Below, piece by piece: positions 51,143 to 64,000 of a stretch of DNA of 64,000 nucleotides (its first letter is position 1; each line of letters begins with the position of its first letter). The notes below the pieces were generated by a model. It saw nothing but the letters and a program-made list of their open reading frames with translations. It ran no database searches and was not told the DNA's origin. The position numbers and the translations under genes are program-made. This DNA is from the human T2T-CHM13v2.0 reference genome, Homo sapiens. The stretch lies in NCBI GenBank assembly GCA_009914755.4, contig CP086569.2:22464001-22528000 (forward strand), in the 5' to 3' direction.

Positions 51143-51455
51143 CAGGCCAAGAGCGGTGGTTCACTCTTGTAATCGCTGCACTTCTGGAGGATGAAGAGGG
51201 TGGATTGCGAGGTCAGGAGATTCAGACCATCCTGGCTAACATGGTAAAACCCTGTCTCTATGAAAAATATAGTAGGGCGTGGTGGCTAAGCTATTCGTGG
51301 TGGTTAAGCTGGTAGCCCAGCTACTCAGGATGCTGAGGCAGGAGAATGGTGTGAACCCGGGAGGCAGAACTTGCAGTGAGTTTAGATCTGGCCACTGCAC
51401 TGCAGCCTGGGCGAGAGAGGGAGACTCCATCTCAAAAAAAAAAAAAAAAAAAAAA
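51143..51455 (+). mobile_element. Alu SINE
   Basis: 'ggccaagagcggtggttcac..' to poly-A. Confidence 0.8.
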
Positions 51456-51457
51456 AG

Positions 51458-51775
51458 AGCCGGGCACGGTGGCTCATGCCTGTAATCCCAGCACTTTGGG
51501 AGGGTGAGGTGGGCGGATCACCAGGTCAGAAAATCGACACCATCCTGGCTAACACGGTGAAAACCCCGTCTCTACTAAAAGTACAAAAAATTAGCCAGGC
51601 ATGGTGGTGGGCGCTTCTAGTCCTAGCTACTCGGGAGGCTGAGACAGGAGAATGGAATGAACCTGGGAGGTGGAGCTTTCAGTGAGCTGAGATGGCGCCA
51701 CTGCTCTCCAGCCTGGGCGACAGAGCGAGACTCCGTCTCAAAAAAAAAAAAAAAGAAAAAAGAAAAAGAAAAAAA
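51458..51775 (+). mobile_element. Alu SINE
   Basis: 'gccgggcacggtggctcatgcctgtaatcccagcactttgggagg..' to poly-A/(AAAAG). Confidence 0.85.
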
Positions 51776-54700
51776 TTCACTTTTTTTTTTTTTAATAAAA
51801 TTGTATTGTCGATTATGTGGAGAGCAAATTACGGAGATGCACATTGTTAATTTTTTCTCTTTTATAATTGTTCACGTATTTATCTTTACCGTAATCTTTA
51901 TTTATACTGCTGTTTAGCATCCTTTCATTTTATCCTGAAATACTCCATAAAACATTTCTTAAAGGGTTATCTAAAAAGACCCCAGCTTATATCTAGGAAT
52001 GTCATAATTTTTCCCTCACGTTTGATGGACTTTATTTGGACATAAGATTTGTGTTTGAAAGTCTTTTCTTACATTACTTGGAAAATATTAGTCTACTGCC
52101 TTCTGGACTCTGAGTTTTTAGATAAGAAATCTGCTGATTATTTTTCAGGGTTCTTTTTACATGACTAGTCACTTCTCTTGCTGCTTTCAAGGTTCTCTTT
52201 GTCTTTGTTTTAGACAGTGTAATTATCATGTAAGTTTGAGTGTGTCTCTTTGAGTTTGTCTTAATTAGAGTTTGTTGATCTTCCTAGGTGTTTATTTCCT
52301 CAAATGTGTTATATTCTTGCCCACTGTATCTTTAGACTCCCTGTTTCTTGGTCTCTTCTCTTTGAACTTTCAAAATGAATAAGTAGGTCTTCTTGATGGT
52401 GTCCTACTGGATCTAGGCTGTGTTCGCATTTCTTTATTTCTTTTTCTCTTTCTGACTTAATAATTTCAACTGCCATTTTTCTAGGTTTGCCAACATTTTG
52501 TTCTTTTATCTGCTCAAGTCTCCTTTTAAATGTATGTAGAAAATTTCTATGTCATTTGTTTTCCTTTCCAGGTCCAGAATTTTTTCTTAGTTTTAAAAAT
52601 AAGTTTATTCTCTCTTTATTAACATTTTTTGTTCATGAATTTCTTTGTTTTGGAAGGTCGAGGCAGGAGAATCATTTTGTTTATTCTAGTAGCTTCCTAA
52701 GGACATTAATTTTTAAAATTATTTTTTAGTAAGCCTGCCATTTGAGCTTTCTAGGAAAAGCTTCTGTTAGTGATTTTTTTTTCTTAGGATGATCCATACT
52801 TTCTTATTTCACTTTTTGCTTTGTGATTTTGTTGGTGTTGAAAACAAATCTTAAAATGCTGAAACTTTGAAAATCAGATTTTCTCCCTCTGTGGTTTGCT
52901 AGGGTTTTTTTAATTCCTCATGTCGGTTATTTCTGTCCTGGCAGTCAGTCTTACTCAACTTATTCTTGGGTCTTTCTTGAGCCTGCACCATTTTGGGGCA
53001 CATGTGCTTAACAACAAATTTTATTCTAAAGTTTCATGTACATATGTTTTCTTTTTAATGTTTTTGTCCATAATTGTCTGGTCTCTTAAGATAAAAAAAA
53101 GAAAAATTAGAAAAAAAATGCATTGGCTCTTTAAATCTTCTGAAAGTTGCTTGAGGAGGAGGAGGAAAAGCCTGCAAAAGGTTTGGGGAATGAAATCATG
53201 ACTTTTTCCCTGTGTCAGGACTGCCATAATCAGAAGCAGCAATTGGTGCCCAAGTCTTCCTGAGATTTGGAGGACTGAGTTCTTTTTGTTTATCCTGGCT
53301 CTTGCCAGCTGCTCCAGAAGTAGTCGCAAGGTAGCACACCACTGCGGTAGCTAATGAAAAATAAATAGCTGCTGGTGATCTACGCTATAAAAATGATCAA
53401 ATTTAATTGCTGTTTACTGTACAAATCTTCTTTTAGAAACTGTATACTTTCAGATAGACTCTGGAGTTCCAAACTAATTGCATCATACCGATTCTGCCAC
53501 TTGAAGAAACAGATATATAGTGCTCTATAGTCCAGTCATTCTTTTCCCAGAAGCTGTGTCATTTTACTTTGAATCTCCATGTTTTTTCACCTAAAGTAAT
53601 ACTTGCATAGAAATCGTGTAAGTAAATCCTTCTTTAAACGCGCTTTTTTGACATTCTTTGCCCTTTTCATGCAAGAGCTCATATTTAAAGTTATTACAAA
53701 TAAAAAAATGCATACTCTAACATTTACTTACTTGTTTTCCATATTTTCTGTATCACATTTGATCCTCAATTCCTCCATTGATCATTTCAAAAATATGATT
53801 TTTAAAAATTTATTCTTTTCAGTATTTTTATATTACAATTAGTTGTATTTGGGACTTCATGTAATATTCTACACATAAAATCGCCTACTTTGAAGAATGT
53901 TAACTCAATTGAATGATCTAAAATTTAATTTTAACAATAAAAAAATGCTACTCTTGGGCTTTTCTATCCTTCTCAATTTATATTATTGTTCCAGATTATA
54001 TCTGTATGCACTGAGTGCCCATTAAAATAGATTTGTATTTTTTAATGTAGTAGCTGCCTAGCAGAAGTATAATAGTATTAGATAACTTTGCCAGTGTGGT
54101 AATAGTAATACTATTTTTCTTAGAGAAGGGTTAGTTACACATTCCTTTAGCTTTTATCTAGGCATTTTTTGCTTGCATATTATATTGCCAGTTATATATT
54201 TTATTCATATCTCCAAAGTGTTTTCTTAGTTATTGAAAGCTTAGCATGCGTTCCATTAGCATTTTTAATAAGAGCAATATAAAAACTATCATAAAAAACA
54301 GAATCTGTATTAACTGATTGTCTGTTGTATGAGATAACTGTATTCTTTTCTCTCAACGTCGTAAAGATATGTGACCAATTCTTGGTATTTTCAACCAAGA
54401 GTGAGTTCTTAGTTAGGCAAAACAAAAATAAATGTGTTTTATCAATTCGTCATTTATCTCCTAGGAAGACTAGAAAAAACACAGTAAATTAGCACATAAA
54501 GGCTTCTTAACTCCTCCCTGAATCAGGAATCTGGGCCTCAAATTAAAAATATAAATTTCAGTTTAGAAGGCTTCATCTGTGCCAGGGAGGCAGTATGGCA
54601 ATCCAAAAATAAATTTATAATTTTAAAATTGTCTCCCTTGATTGCTTAGTTGATAGCAACTGTTGATTTCCAGGGTCCAGACACTTTTTTATTGGTTTGA

Positions 54701-56684
54701 TATTTCTTTGAATGGTTTGAAGCTGTCTTCTCTGTAGTTTTGCTTTCATTTTTATTTGTAAAGCACTGATTGTTTTCTAATCTCAGAGTTTATTTTTATT
54801 TAGGAGATCTATATTTTTGTCCAATAACAATGTTATTTAAAATAGTTTCATTGAATATTACACCTCTAATTTGGGATCCTAGATGTTTTGTTTTTGTTTT
54901 AGTAGTTACAGTATAAAGTTTTTGTTTGCATTTAATTAATTGAGTTTATCAATTCCATATACAATGCATGAGGCAAGACTCTCTATTATAAAGTACATTT
55001 TGGTTTTATGTAAAACAAGTATAATTTGTTTCGAAAGTGACTTGCAAGTACATATCTAAATAAAATAATAAGAGAATAATCATGTAAGTATGTAGGAAGA
55101 TCGACAAGCATGATGATTTCTGGCAGAGTCCTGCTTAGATTGTTTGCAATACAGCGAGGTCACTGTGGTTGGAGCAGTTACCTTGGAAGGGGAATGATTA
55201 TAAATGGTAAGACCATCGAGACGACAGACAGTCCGGGGTGATTGTCCAGGGTTTCTGTAGGTCAGTAGATTTAAGTTTAGTTTTACTTTATGCCTGGTTG
55301 ATGACTGGAAGTGGAATTGGTAAGGTTGTTACTAGCGTCTGGTGCTGAAAGGCTAGAAATGCTGCTAAATATCTTAAAATCTAGAGTCTTAGGCATCTTT
55401 GAGATATTAACAGTGTTGAAACATCTCTCCAGAAAATTGTAAAAAAATAAACACACTTTCAGAACACTTTGATTTTATATTTTCAAGATTTCTTAACTCA
55501 ATTTTTGCTTTCTGTAAATAAGAAGGATTTTAGGAAGTTTTTTAAAGTTCAGTTGATTCACGGTTGGGTAAGTGTTAGTGAAGTCAGTTCAGTTAATCAA
55601 TGGTTAGAAACTAAAGCATATATTTCCTTTTCTCCCCTTTTCTTTCCCATTACTTTTTAAATATTTCCATAAAATGCTAATATAGCAAAATAAAACCCTA
55701 GGCCACGTCTGTTTTGGGGAACCAAGAGAGAAAACTCAATCAGCGGCTTTTAGGATAGAACTAATCTTGACTACAGCTGGAAGACATACATAATGCACAT
55801 GCACACATGTGCACTGGCACACTCCTATTCATCCACATTTTGCATATTTGTCATAAGACAAATATTAAATGTGTCTTATTCATGAAAGTTGTAAGATATT
55901 ACAATAAGCAAGCCAAATGAAAACTAAGATTTCAAAGATTATTGCCAGTGTTGGAGAAATCTTGCTTTTGCTAAAGTTGTTGGCTTAATACTCAAGTATC
56001 TTCTACTGTTTAATAAATTACTTGATAGAAGTTTGTATAGTGGGCATCTTTGATCACAATTACTTATGCTCTGTCTTGTTGTAAAATAACCCAAAATAAA
56101 TAGTTTCAGAAAAATTTACATTAGAAAATAAGAGAAAATAAAACAAATGAATGAGAAAATTGCTGTAATATAAAAAATGTGGAATATGAAAAAATATATA
56201 TTAAGAGAAATCCAAAAAGGAGGTTCATTCATACAATGTAAAATCTTTTCTGTTTGAATAAAAATTAGTTTCAGAACCTTAGCAGCTAGCAGCAACATGG
56301 TAGTTAACCTCATGTGTAATGCTCAATTAGTTGTATATGGAGCACAAAATGTATGAGGAGTTTATTAAGTATTAACTCTCACATGATCACAATAGGCTAC
56401 CTGCAAGCTGAGGAGCAAGGAGAGCCAGTTTGAGTCCCAAAACTGAAGAACTTGGACCTCAATGTAAAAGGGGAGGAAGCATCCAGCATGGGAGAATGAT
56501 GTAGGCGTGGAGCTAGGCTCCTGTCTGCTTTTCACATTTTTCTGCCTGCTATATATTCACTATAAGTTGATTAGATTATGCCCACTAGATTAAGGTGGAT
56601 CTGCCTTCTTCAGCCCACTTACTCAAATGTTAATTTTTCTGGGGGGACCACCCAATAGACACACACAAGATTAATACTCTGGCA

Positions 56685-56952
56685 CTTTGGGAGGCCGAGG
56701 CGGGCGTATCACGAGGTCAGGAGATCGAGACCATCCTGGCTAACACGGTGAAACCCCGTCTCTACTAAAAATACAAAAAATTAGCCGGGCGAGGTGGCGG
56801 GCGCCTGTAGTCCCAGCTACTCGGGAGGCTGAGGCAGGAGAATGGCGTGAACCCCAGGGGGCGGAGCCTGCAGTGAGCCGAGATTGCGCCACTGCACTCC
56901 AGCCTGGGCGACAGCGAGACTCCGTCTCAAAAAAAAAAAAAAAAAAAAAGAA
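56685..56952 (+). mobile_element. AluY-like SINE, 5'-truncated, near-consensus (young)
   Basis: 'ggcactttgggaggccgaggcgggcg.atcacgaggtcaggagatcgagaccatcctggctaacacggtgaaaccccgtctctactaaaaatacaaaaaattagccgggcg.ggtggcgggcgcctgtagtcccagctactcgggaggctgaggcaggagaatggcgtgaacc..' retains most CpGs; poly-A 56928-56950. Confidence 0.85.
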
Positions 56953-57226
56953 GATTAATACTCTGTATCCCCCAATCCAATGAAGTCAACAATCAGTATT
57001 AACCATCACAGCTCCACTTCTTGTCAAGTTGAACCCATACACATCTCGTAAGCGCATACATAATCTTCAAATAAAGACAATAATGAGGTCATAATTACAA
57101 CTAGCATAATACAACTATCCTTTGTACAACCAGGAACATCCCAATCCCTAACCCAAATAGTATTATGTAAAGTTAAGAATACTCAAATATTAATATGAAG
57201 TCAATAAATCTTATGTCACATGATAA

Positions 57227-57578
<352 letters not shown>

Positions 57579-57649
57579 TTTTTTTTAACAAAAGGAAGAA
57601 GTATTTAGGACATTCAAAGTCCTCATTTCTGCCACTGGTCATGTTGTCA

Positions 57650-60600
57650 TAGCTGGTATTGATGACTACCTTTTTCTACCAAATTTTCTCTATTTCTTTT
57701 GCCTTCAGCAAGCACCTCAGCAGGTGCTGTTTTTTCTTTTTCTTTTCTTTTTTCCCTGGTAGAGTGACCCAAACCTTAATTCCGGAAGAGTCTGGACCAT
57801 TTGTATTCCTGCCAGAATTTGGCTGCTGTAGTTATCCACTGACCTTAATCACAGGACATGTTAATATTAACAGGCACCCTGATTGATTTCCTTTATTACA
57901 TGCTTACTCTTCCTTACCTCCATTGTGGAGTAGTAGACTGATTTCATCTGACAGTTTAGGACAATTACCACAGCCAAAACTGTAACTCCTTTCTTAGCCT
58001 GATGACTGAAACCTAGGAGGAGCCCAAAGTGATAAGGGGGCAATCTTAACTTCTAATTTAATGGAATCATTCAATGGATCCCATTCAAGATGATGGGAAA
58101 CATGGTAGGACCAGTGAATTCCATAATCAGTAGACCACTGCCACACTTCTTTAGCCGTAAAGTGAGCGCCTTGGTCAGAGGCAATGCTGTGTGGAATGAC
58201 ATGATAGTGGATAAAGCATTTTATTAGTTCACAGATGGTAGTCTTGGCAGAAGCATTGCATGCAGGATAGGCAAACCCATATCCAGAGTAAATGTATATT
58301 TCTTTGAGAACTAACCTCTTTCCTTTTCATAATGGAAGAGATCAAATGTAATCAAACTTCCATCAGGTGGCTGGCTGATTACCCCACAAAAGTGGTGCCA
58401 TATTGAGAGCTCAGTGTTGGTCTATGCTGTTGGCAAATTGGGAATTCATCAGGGGCCATAGCCAGGTCACCCTTGGTAAGTAAAAGTCAATTTTCTGAAC
58501 GCTTGCATAACCTCCATCCCCACCATCATAGACACTTTGTTTATGGGCCCATTGAGTGATGACAGGAGTGGCTTGGGACAGAGTCTGAGTGGTGTCCACA
58601 GAACAGGTCATTCTATCCATTTGATTATTAAATTCCTTCTCTGCTGAGGTAACCAGTTGGTGAGCACTCACGTGAAACATAAATATCCTCAGTTTCTGAC
58701 CACTCAGAGAGGCCCCTGCACATACCTTTTCCCAAAATTGCTTTGTCACCAATTTTCTAATCATGGTTCTTCTAAGTCCCTGATCAGCCAGCCAAACCAT
58801 TTGCTACAGCCCAAGAATCAGTATATAATCACACATCTGGCCATTTCTGTTTGAAGTTCTGCCCATTGGGAAGATTTCCCTTTACCACTGTCTTTTAGGA
58901 ATGTCCTAAAAAGAAGCTGTAGTGCTGCAGCTGTCTAATTTCGGGTGGTGGCTGCATATTGTGCAGAACCAACTGGAACCTGGCCATAATCTTCTCTTAT
59001 TTTGTCAATTGATCATAGGCAACTCCTCATGAGACCATGATTGCAAGTTGAAGGAGAAAAGGCAGGATGGCAGAAGTGGAGAGCGTGGACTTTTGATCCA
59101 CTTTCTTATATAACTAACTTACTTGTTCTTTCACATCCTGTTCGAGCATGGCCACATATATTCCACTTCCATTTGATGATGAAATACTGCTATGCACAAC
59201 CCATTTTGTGGCTAGATGGTTAAGAAATCAAGCAGTTCATGATAGGCCATTTAGTTCATATGGTGGCTTGATGACCCATAGTCAAACGTTCAGTTTCCAA
59301 CAAAGTCCAGTAACAGGCCAAGATCTCTCAAAAGGAGAGTAGTTATTTGCAGAACATGTGGAGCTTTTCTTCAAAACACTAGAGACCAATGCTGTGATTC
59401 ACCTGTGGGAGCCTGGCAAGGCCTCCAAACAGCAACCTTATCTACCAATGATGCCTCAAGCACCATTAGAACTGCTGGGTCATATGGCCCAAGTGGCAGG
59501 GAAGCTAGCATGGCATCCTAGAACTGCAGCAGATCTTCTTCCTGTTCTGGACACTACTCAATACTGGCAGGCTTTCAGGTCACTAAATAAATGGGCCAGA
59601 GTAAGATACTTGAATGAGAAATGTGTTGCCTCCAATATCCAAATAGGTTCCCTAGACATTTTGCCTCTTTCTTGGTTGTAGGAAGAGCCTAATGTAGCAA
59701 CTTGTTATTTACCTTATAACACCTAGAAATTTTACTGAGATAAAGTGTCCCTGAAATTTAGTCAGATTTATTTCCCATTCTCTGGTACAAAAATGTCTCA
59801 TAAATAAGTCCAGTGTGTTTGCTACTTCTTGTTCACTGGGTAAAATCTGCATAATGTCATCAATGTAATGGACCAGGGTGCTATCTTGCAGAAGCCAAAA
59901 GCAATCAAGGGCTCTCTAAATAAGATTATGACACACAAAGAGTTGATATACCCCTGTGGTAGGATAACAAAGGCATATTACTGGCCTTGCCAGCTGAAGG
60001 CAAATTGCTTCTGGTGAGCCGTATGGACAGGAATGAAGAAAAAGGTATTTTCCCAGTGAATTATTGCATACCAGGTACCAGGAGATGTATTAATTTGCTC
60101 AAACAATAAAACCACATCTGGTACAGCAGGTACAATTGGAGTCACCATGCAGTTAAGCTTACGATAATCCACTATTATTCTCCAAAATCCATGTGTCTTC
60201 TGCATCAGACAAATGGGAGAGTTGTAGGAGGATGTGTTGCTAATTACCACTCCTATGCCTTTCAAGTCCTTGATGGTGTCACTAACCTTCACAATCTCTC
60301 CAAAAAATTGATATTGTTTTTGATTTACTATTTTTCTAGGCATAGGCAGCTCTATTGGCCTCCATTTGACCTTTCCCATTATAGTAGCTCTACCCTACAA
60401 GTCAGGGAGCAAATGGTGGATTCTGCCAGCTGCTAAGTATGTCTATGCCAATTATGCATTCTGGCACTGGGAAAAGGACCACAGAATGAGTCTAGGGACA
60501 CATTGAACCCCTTCTAAGTCTGACTGAAGCTAAAACTTTATTAATTACCTGACCTTCATAAGGTCCTACTTTAACTGAAGGACCACAGTGATGTTTTTTG

Positions 60601-61300
60601 TCCCCTGGAATAAACATCAGCTCATAGACTGTGTCCAGCAGTCCCTGAAAAGTCTGATCATTTCCCTTTCCACATCAGGACACAATTATTCCCATTGTGT
60701 TTAAATTTGGTAGTTTAGTTACTGTAGTTTCCACCCTTAGATCTGACATACAGAGAAGAAAAATTACAGGCCTCTTCAAAGATGCAGGTGCTGATCTCAC
60801 AAATCTATTTCACAAAGCACTGATCAAGGGTGTATCTTTTGAACCCTCCCAGCTGGGGTGAGTATGTCTAAAGTGACAAATCCACTCCACCATCCAAATC
60901 TCCCTAGGCCTTTGGATGTCTTCCTTACATTAAACCAATAAAGAGCAGACATTTATAGCCCACTCACAGTAGGCCATCTTTTTATTTATATTTCATTTAA
61001 TCAAGCAAATAAATTATCAGAACTCATTTTAAACTCCTTGAGCTGCAGCTTTAAATGCAGAGCCTACTTAGTGAGCCCTGATCAATAAATTCAGCCTGAC
61101 ACAATTCTGGTTTTTTTTCCACTATTTTCTCATACCTATACTATCCATTCCCATGCCTGTTCCCAGACTACATTTTATATACATTTGAAAACTCAAACAG
61201 TTCTTTTCATGTGTACCATACGTCCTCAGAGGTCACATTCTCAATCTCACCTCTAAGAGCCCACCAGAGCTTTGTAGGGGTTCAGTCAGGATGGTGGGGA
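57650..61300 (-). mobile_element. class I (gammaretrovirus-like) ERV internal fragment: pol (RT, RNaseH, integrase); upstream boundary uncertain
   Basis: Minus ORF 59978-60379 has RT motifs '..RIIVDYRKLN..QKQFAFSWQGQ' (gamma-type 'FAF.W'). Minus ORF 58411-58800 has RNaseH end/IN N-terminus '..HVSAHQ..IDFYLPRVTW'. My translation of rc 58100-58200 gives integrase core 'IPHSIASDQGAHFTAKEVWQW'. Confidence 0.65.
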
Positions 61301-61699
61301 AAATTATAAGTCACAAACCTTCTTGCAAAGCCTGAAGGATTTTGTAAAAGTCTCAGGATAAGGTTATGGCTGAAGGCAAACTAATCCTTACCTTGAGTAG
61401 ATAGGTTAAAGTGCATACAAAGGAAGGTAGGGTAGTTTATCTAACTGGCTTCTTTACTCATGTGGTAAGAAGACTAACTTTTGATCTACTGCAGGTGCTT
61501 AATTCCTTTCTACTTGGGAAGTCTGAATGTCAATTACCCTCTAGTGGTGTTTACTCAGACCTTTGTCAATTAATCTTTACTGTACAAATGCAAGTCTCGC
61601 TGGCTGATTGAGGCTGCAGTTGCAACTGTTTAGTGCATTCTGTGTGGATACTCTAAGTGGCCCAGATGCTTAGTCAAACTCACAAAGCAGAATATCTGT

Positions 61700-64000
61700 G
61701 TGTCAGTGTACTTTATTCACCCATCATTGAGTTAGGGTCTGCAGGAAAGACCCCCACAGCCAGCACCCCCATGTGAAGAACATGGCAAAGGAGGTGCGAT
61801 GGACCCCCTGAAAACAAACATTGAAGAAGATTGTGTGGTCAAGTCAGTAAAACAGGAAGTCATTGGTGTCCACTTGGGATTTCCAAGTTCAGAGGGGATT
61901 GGTCAGGCTGAGGTTTCATCATGGGACAACAGTTACCAACTCAACAAAAACAGTGTATAAAATGTTGAAATAGTTGCTTAATGCTTCCAGAGTATCAGGT
62001 TCATGGACTCACTTAAGAGAACTAATGCAAACTACTGTCTCACATAATCCATGGTTCCCAGAATAAGGAATGCTAGAGGTAGAACTTTGGTAACAGGTGG
62101 GGAGAAATCTTAAACAGCATGATGCACAAGGGCAATGGGTCCCAGTATCAATTTTAACACTATGGGCCCCTGTAAGGATGGCTTTAGTCTCATTATACAC
62201 AGAAGAGCCTAAAAAGGGGAAGAAGGAGAAAACGTCACTTGCCGTATTGCCTCTCCTGGTGAATCAGGTGGCCAGGCAAAATATAACAGCTGATATGCTC
62301 CAGGGAAGGGGTCCTCATGCCGATGTGCAATAAAAACTAAATTTTGATCTCCAGGCTTATGCTGATGTCCCTCTGTGTGCTCTCAGGGCTTGGGACCAAA
62401 TTCCTGAAAGCAGAATTCAGCAGGGATCTTTTGTAAATGTTTGACAAGGGCCTCAGCAGCCATTTGTTGAGTTTATCAATCAGTTAACCAAGGCAATTAA
62501 GAGACAAATTAGTCATGCCCAGGCCACTGATATCATTGCAGCTGGTTTTTGAAAATGCCTGTGTGGTTTGCCAGCAGGCAATGCAGGCAATCAGAGGAAA
62601 GGCCACCACTGTTGGGGAGCTAATACCAGCATTTCAGCTAGTAGGAACTGAGATACGCAAAGCCAAAATATTGGCTATGGCATTAAGGCCTCCTAAAGTG
62701 AAAAGGGAGAGAGACCAAAATTGTGTTCTATGAGGAGAGCCAGGACATATAACAAGGGAATATCATTATAGTAAAGATCAAGGTAACTAAGATCAAGTAA
62801 AGATCAAGGTAACTTCTATATGTCCCCAAAGTAGGAAGGGGAAGCATTGGGCAGATCAATGCAGGTCTAAATTGGATAAAAATGGCAACCCCATAAGAAA
62901 CCAGTCAGAAGCTTCATGAGGGGTCAGCTCCAGGCACCACTCCCAACTGGGGCAATGCCAGCAGCTTTCCTTGGTCAAATGGGAAGTCCATAGTCCTCTC
63001 TTTTAGAGCGGCCACAACTGGGAGCACAGGACTGGACTTACTCTGCCCCAGTGAATTAGTGCTAAAAGAAGAAGACTCTAAAAGTGTTGCAATTGGGATC
63101 TGGGGCCCAGTGCCTCTGGGAACAGTGGGGTTAGTCCTAGGGCAGTCTAGCCTACCCAGTCAAGGAATTAATGTGCCCAATGGGGTAACTGATAGTGATT
63201 ATCAGGGTGAGATATTGGTTATGATGGAATGTAAAGGTCTGCATATTCCTCCCCCTGGATCAAAGATAGCTCAGTTACTGATTTTACCATACTGGGTCTT
63301 CAATGCCCATGGAAAGGAAAAGCGAAAGGGAAGCTTTGGATGCACAGGAGCCATGGGAGTGTATTGGAATCAATTAATCACTGATCAGAGACCCATGATT
63401 ACTTTTAAAAATTGGACATAAGAATTTTACTGGCTTATTGGGCACAGGAGTGAACATTTTAATCATTAGTGATCAGAACTGTCCAGAAACTTGATCTTGG
63501 ATCACTCAAAAACAGAAAATTTCTGCATTGACAAAGCACACACAGCCAAGCAGAGCATGCGTCCCCTAACATGCTGTGATTATGAAGTTAGAATGACAGT
63601 TATGCAACCTCTAATCATGCCCATCCTGTTAATCTTTGGGGGCAGGACCTATTAGCCCAGTGTGTGTGAGGAGATCACTCTGCATACCCCTTTATGACAA
63701 TGGCCACTATTGTTATTTCTCCTCTACCCCTGACATGTCTCTCTCAAGATCCAATTTGGGAAGAATAGTGGCCTCTGAAGTGAGACAAATTACAGAAGGC
63801 TCATGAATTAGTTGAAGAGCAATCAAAGGCTGGGCATATCAAATTATCTCACAGTCCCTGGAATTCACCCATTTTCATCATTCCCAAAAAGTCTGGGAAA
63901 TGGATAATTATCCAAACTTACAGGCTATTAATGCTAATTTACAGCCTATTGGGCCCCTTCAACAGGGCCCCCCTTCCTCCACTTTGATTCCTCAAAATTT
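61700..64000 (+). mobile_element. HERV-K-like (class II) provirus remnant, 5'-truncated: gag CA/NC - pro (dUTPase + protease) - RT start; continues past window end
   Basis: + strand: gag CA C-terminus 'PFVEFINQLTKAIKRQISHAQATDIIA' and 'QLVFENACVVCQQAMQAIRGKA' (62515-62733). NC zinc knuckle '..CPQSRKGKHWADQCRSKLDKNGN' (~62800-62900). dUTPase ORF 63059-63421. Protease 'LLGTGVNILIIS..PILLIFGGRTY' (~63440-63680). RT start 'AGHIKLSHSPWNSPIFIIPKKSGKW..DLQAINANLQPIGPLQQG' (63800-63960). Confidence 0.75.
63059..63421 (+). CDS. open 120-aa ORF encoding a retroviral dUTPase domain (within HERV-K-like pro); probably a relic rather than a functional gene
   Basis: 'GIWGPVPLGTVGLVLGQSS..VTDSDYQGEILVMM..GSKIAQLLILPY..KGSFGCTGAMGVYW' matches all conserved betaretroviral dUTPase motifs without stops. 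Confidence 0.5.
   Translation: MLKEEDSKSVAIGIWGPVPLGTVGLVLGQSSLPSQGINVPNGVTDSDYQGEILVMMECKGLHIPPPGSKIAQLLILPYWVFNAHGKEKRKGSFGCTGAMGVYWNQLITDQRPMITFKNWT

Noticed and set aside
53021-53329. 102-aa minus-strand ORF in AT-rich region
   Set aside because: Low-complexity Leu/Lys-rich translation of AT-rich, probably L1-derived sequence. No domain recognised.

Overview
This window is primate (human-like) nuclear DNA. It is not a prokaryotic locus, and I see no protein-coding operon, CRISPR array, rRNA gene or tRNA gene. It has three parts.

(1) 1-18135 is an old, non-homogenised macrosatellite with a ~2.4-2.5 kb unit. There are about 3.3 units in + orientation (1-8205). A head-to-head inversion junction lies at ~8205-8213, inside the unit's (GT)n tract. 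About 4 units follow in - orientation (8213-18135). The array ends with a microhomology-mediated internal deletion at ~18050. Units are only ~80-85% identical to each other. Each unit carries a (GT)n/(CA)n microsatellite and a purine tract, expanded to (AAG)~29 in one unit. A ~400-bp segment is CpG-dense in three or four units and CpG-decayed in the others.

(2) 18.1-35.3 kb is unique sequence with Alu, L1 and MaLR-LTR inserts and a (CA)n microsatellite.

(3) 35.3-64 kb is a repeat-rich block containing:
- a minus-strand HERV-K-like (betaretrovirus-like, dUTPase-containing) provirus remnant with gag-partial, pro, pol, env-partial and a probable 3' LTR;
- an old L1 fragment;
- several Alus;
- a ~2.5-kb degenerate (TTAGGG)n interstitial telomere-like block (44.1-46.66 kb) next to a short minisatellite-like stretch;
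- an intronless, disrupted CDY/CDYL-family (chromodomain plus enoyl-CoA-hydratase-like) processed pseudogene on the minus strand (48.65-50.28 kb);
- three tandem Alus and a near-consensus AluY;
- a minus-strand class-I (gamma-like) ERV pol fragment (57.65-61.3 kb) directly abutting a plus-strand HERV-K-like gag-pro-pol remnant (61.7 kb to window end) with an apparently open dUTPase ORF.

Taken together, the macrosatellite, the telomere-like block, the ERVs and the CDY-like retro-pseudogene suggest a Y-ampliconic, subtelomeric or pericentromeric context. I cannot confirm this without database searches.
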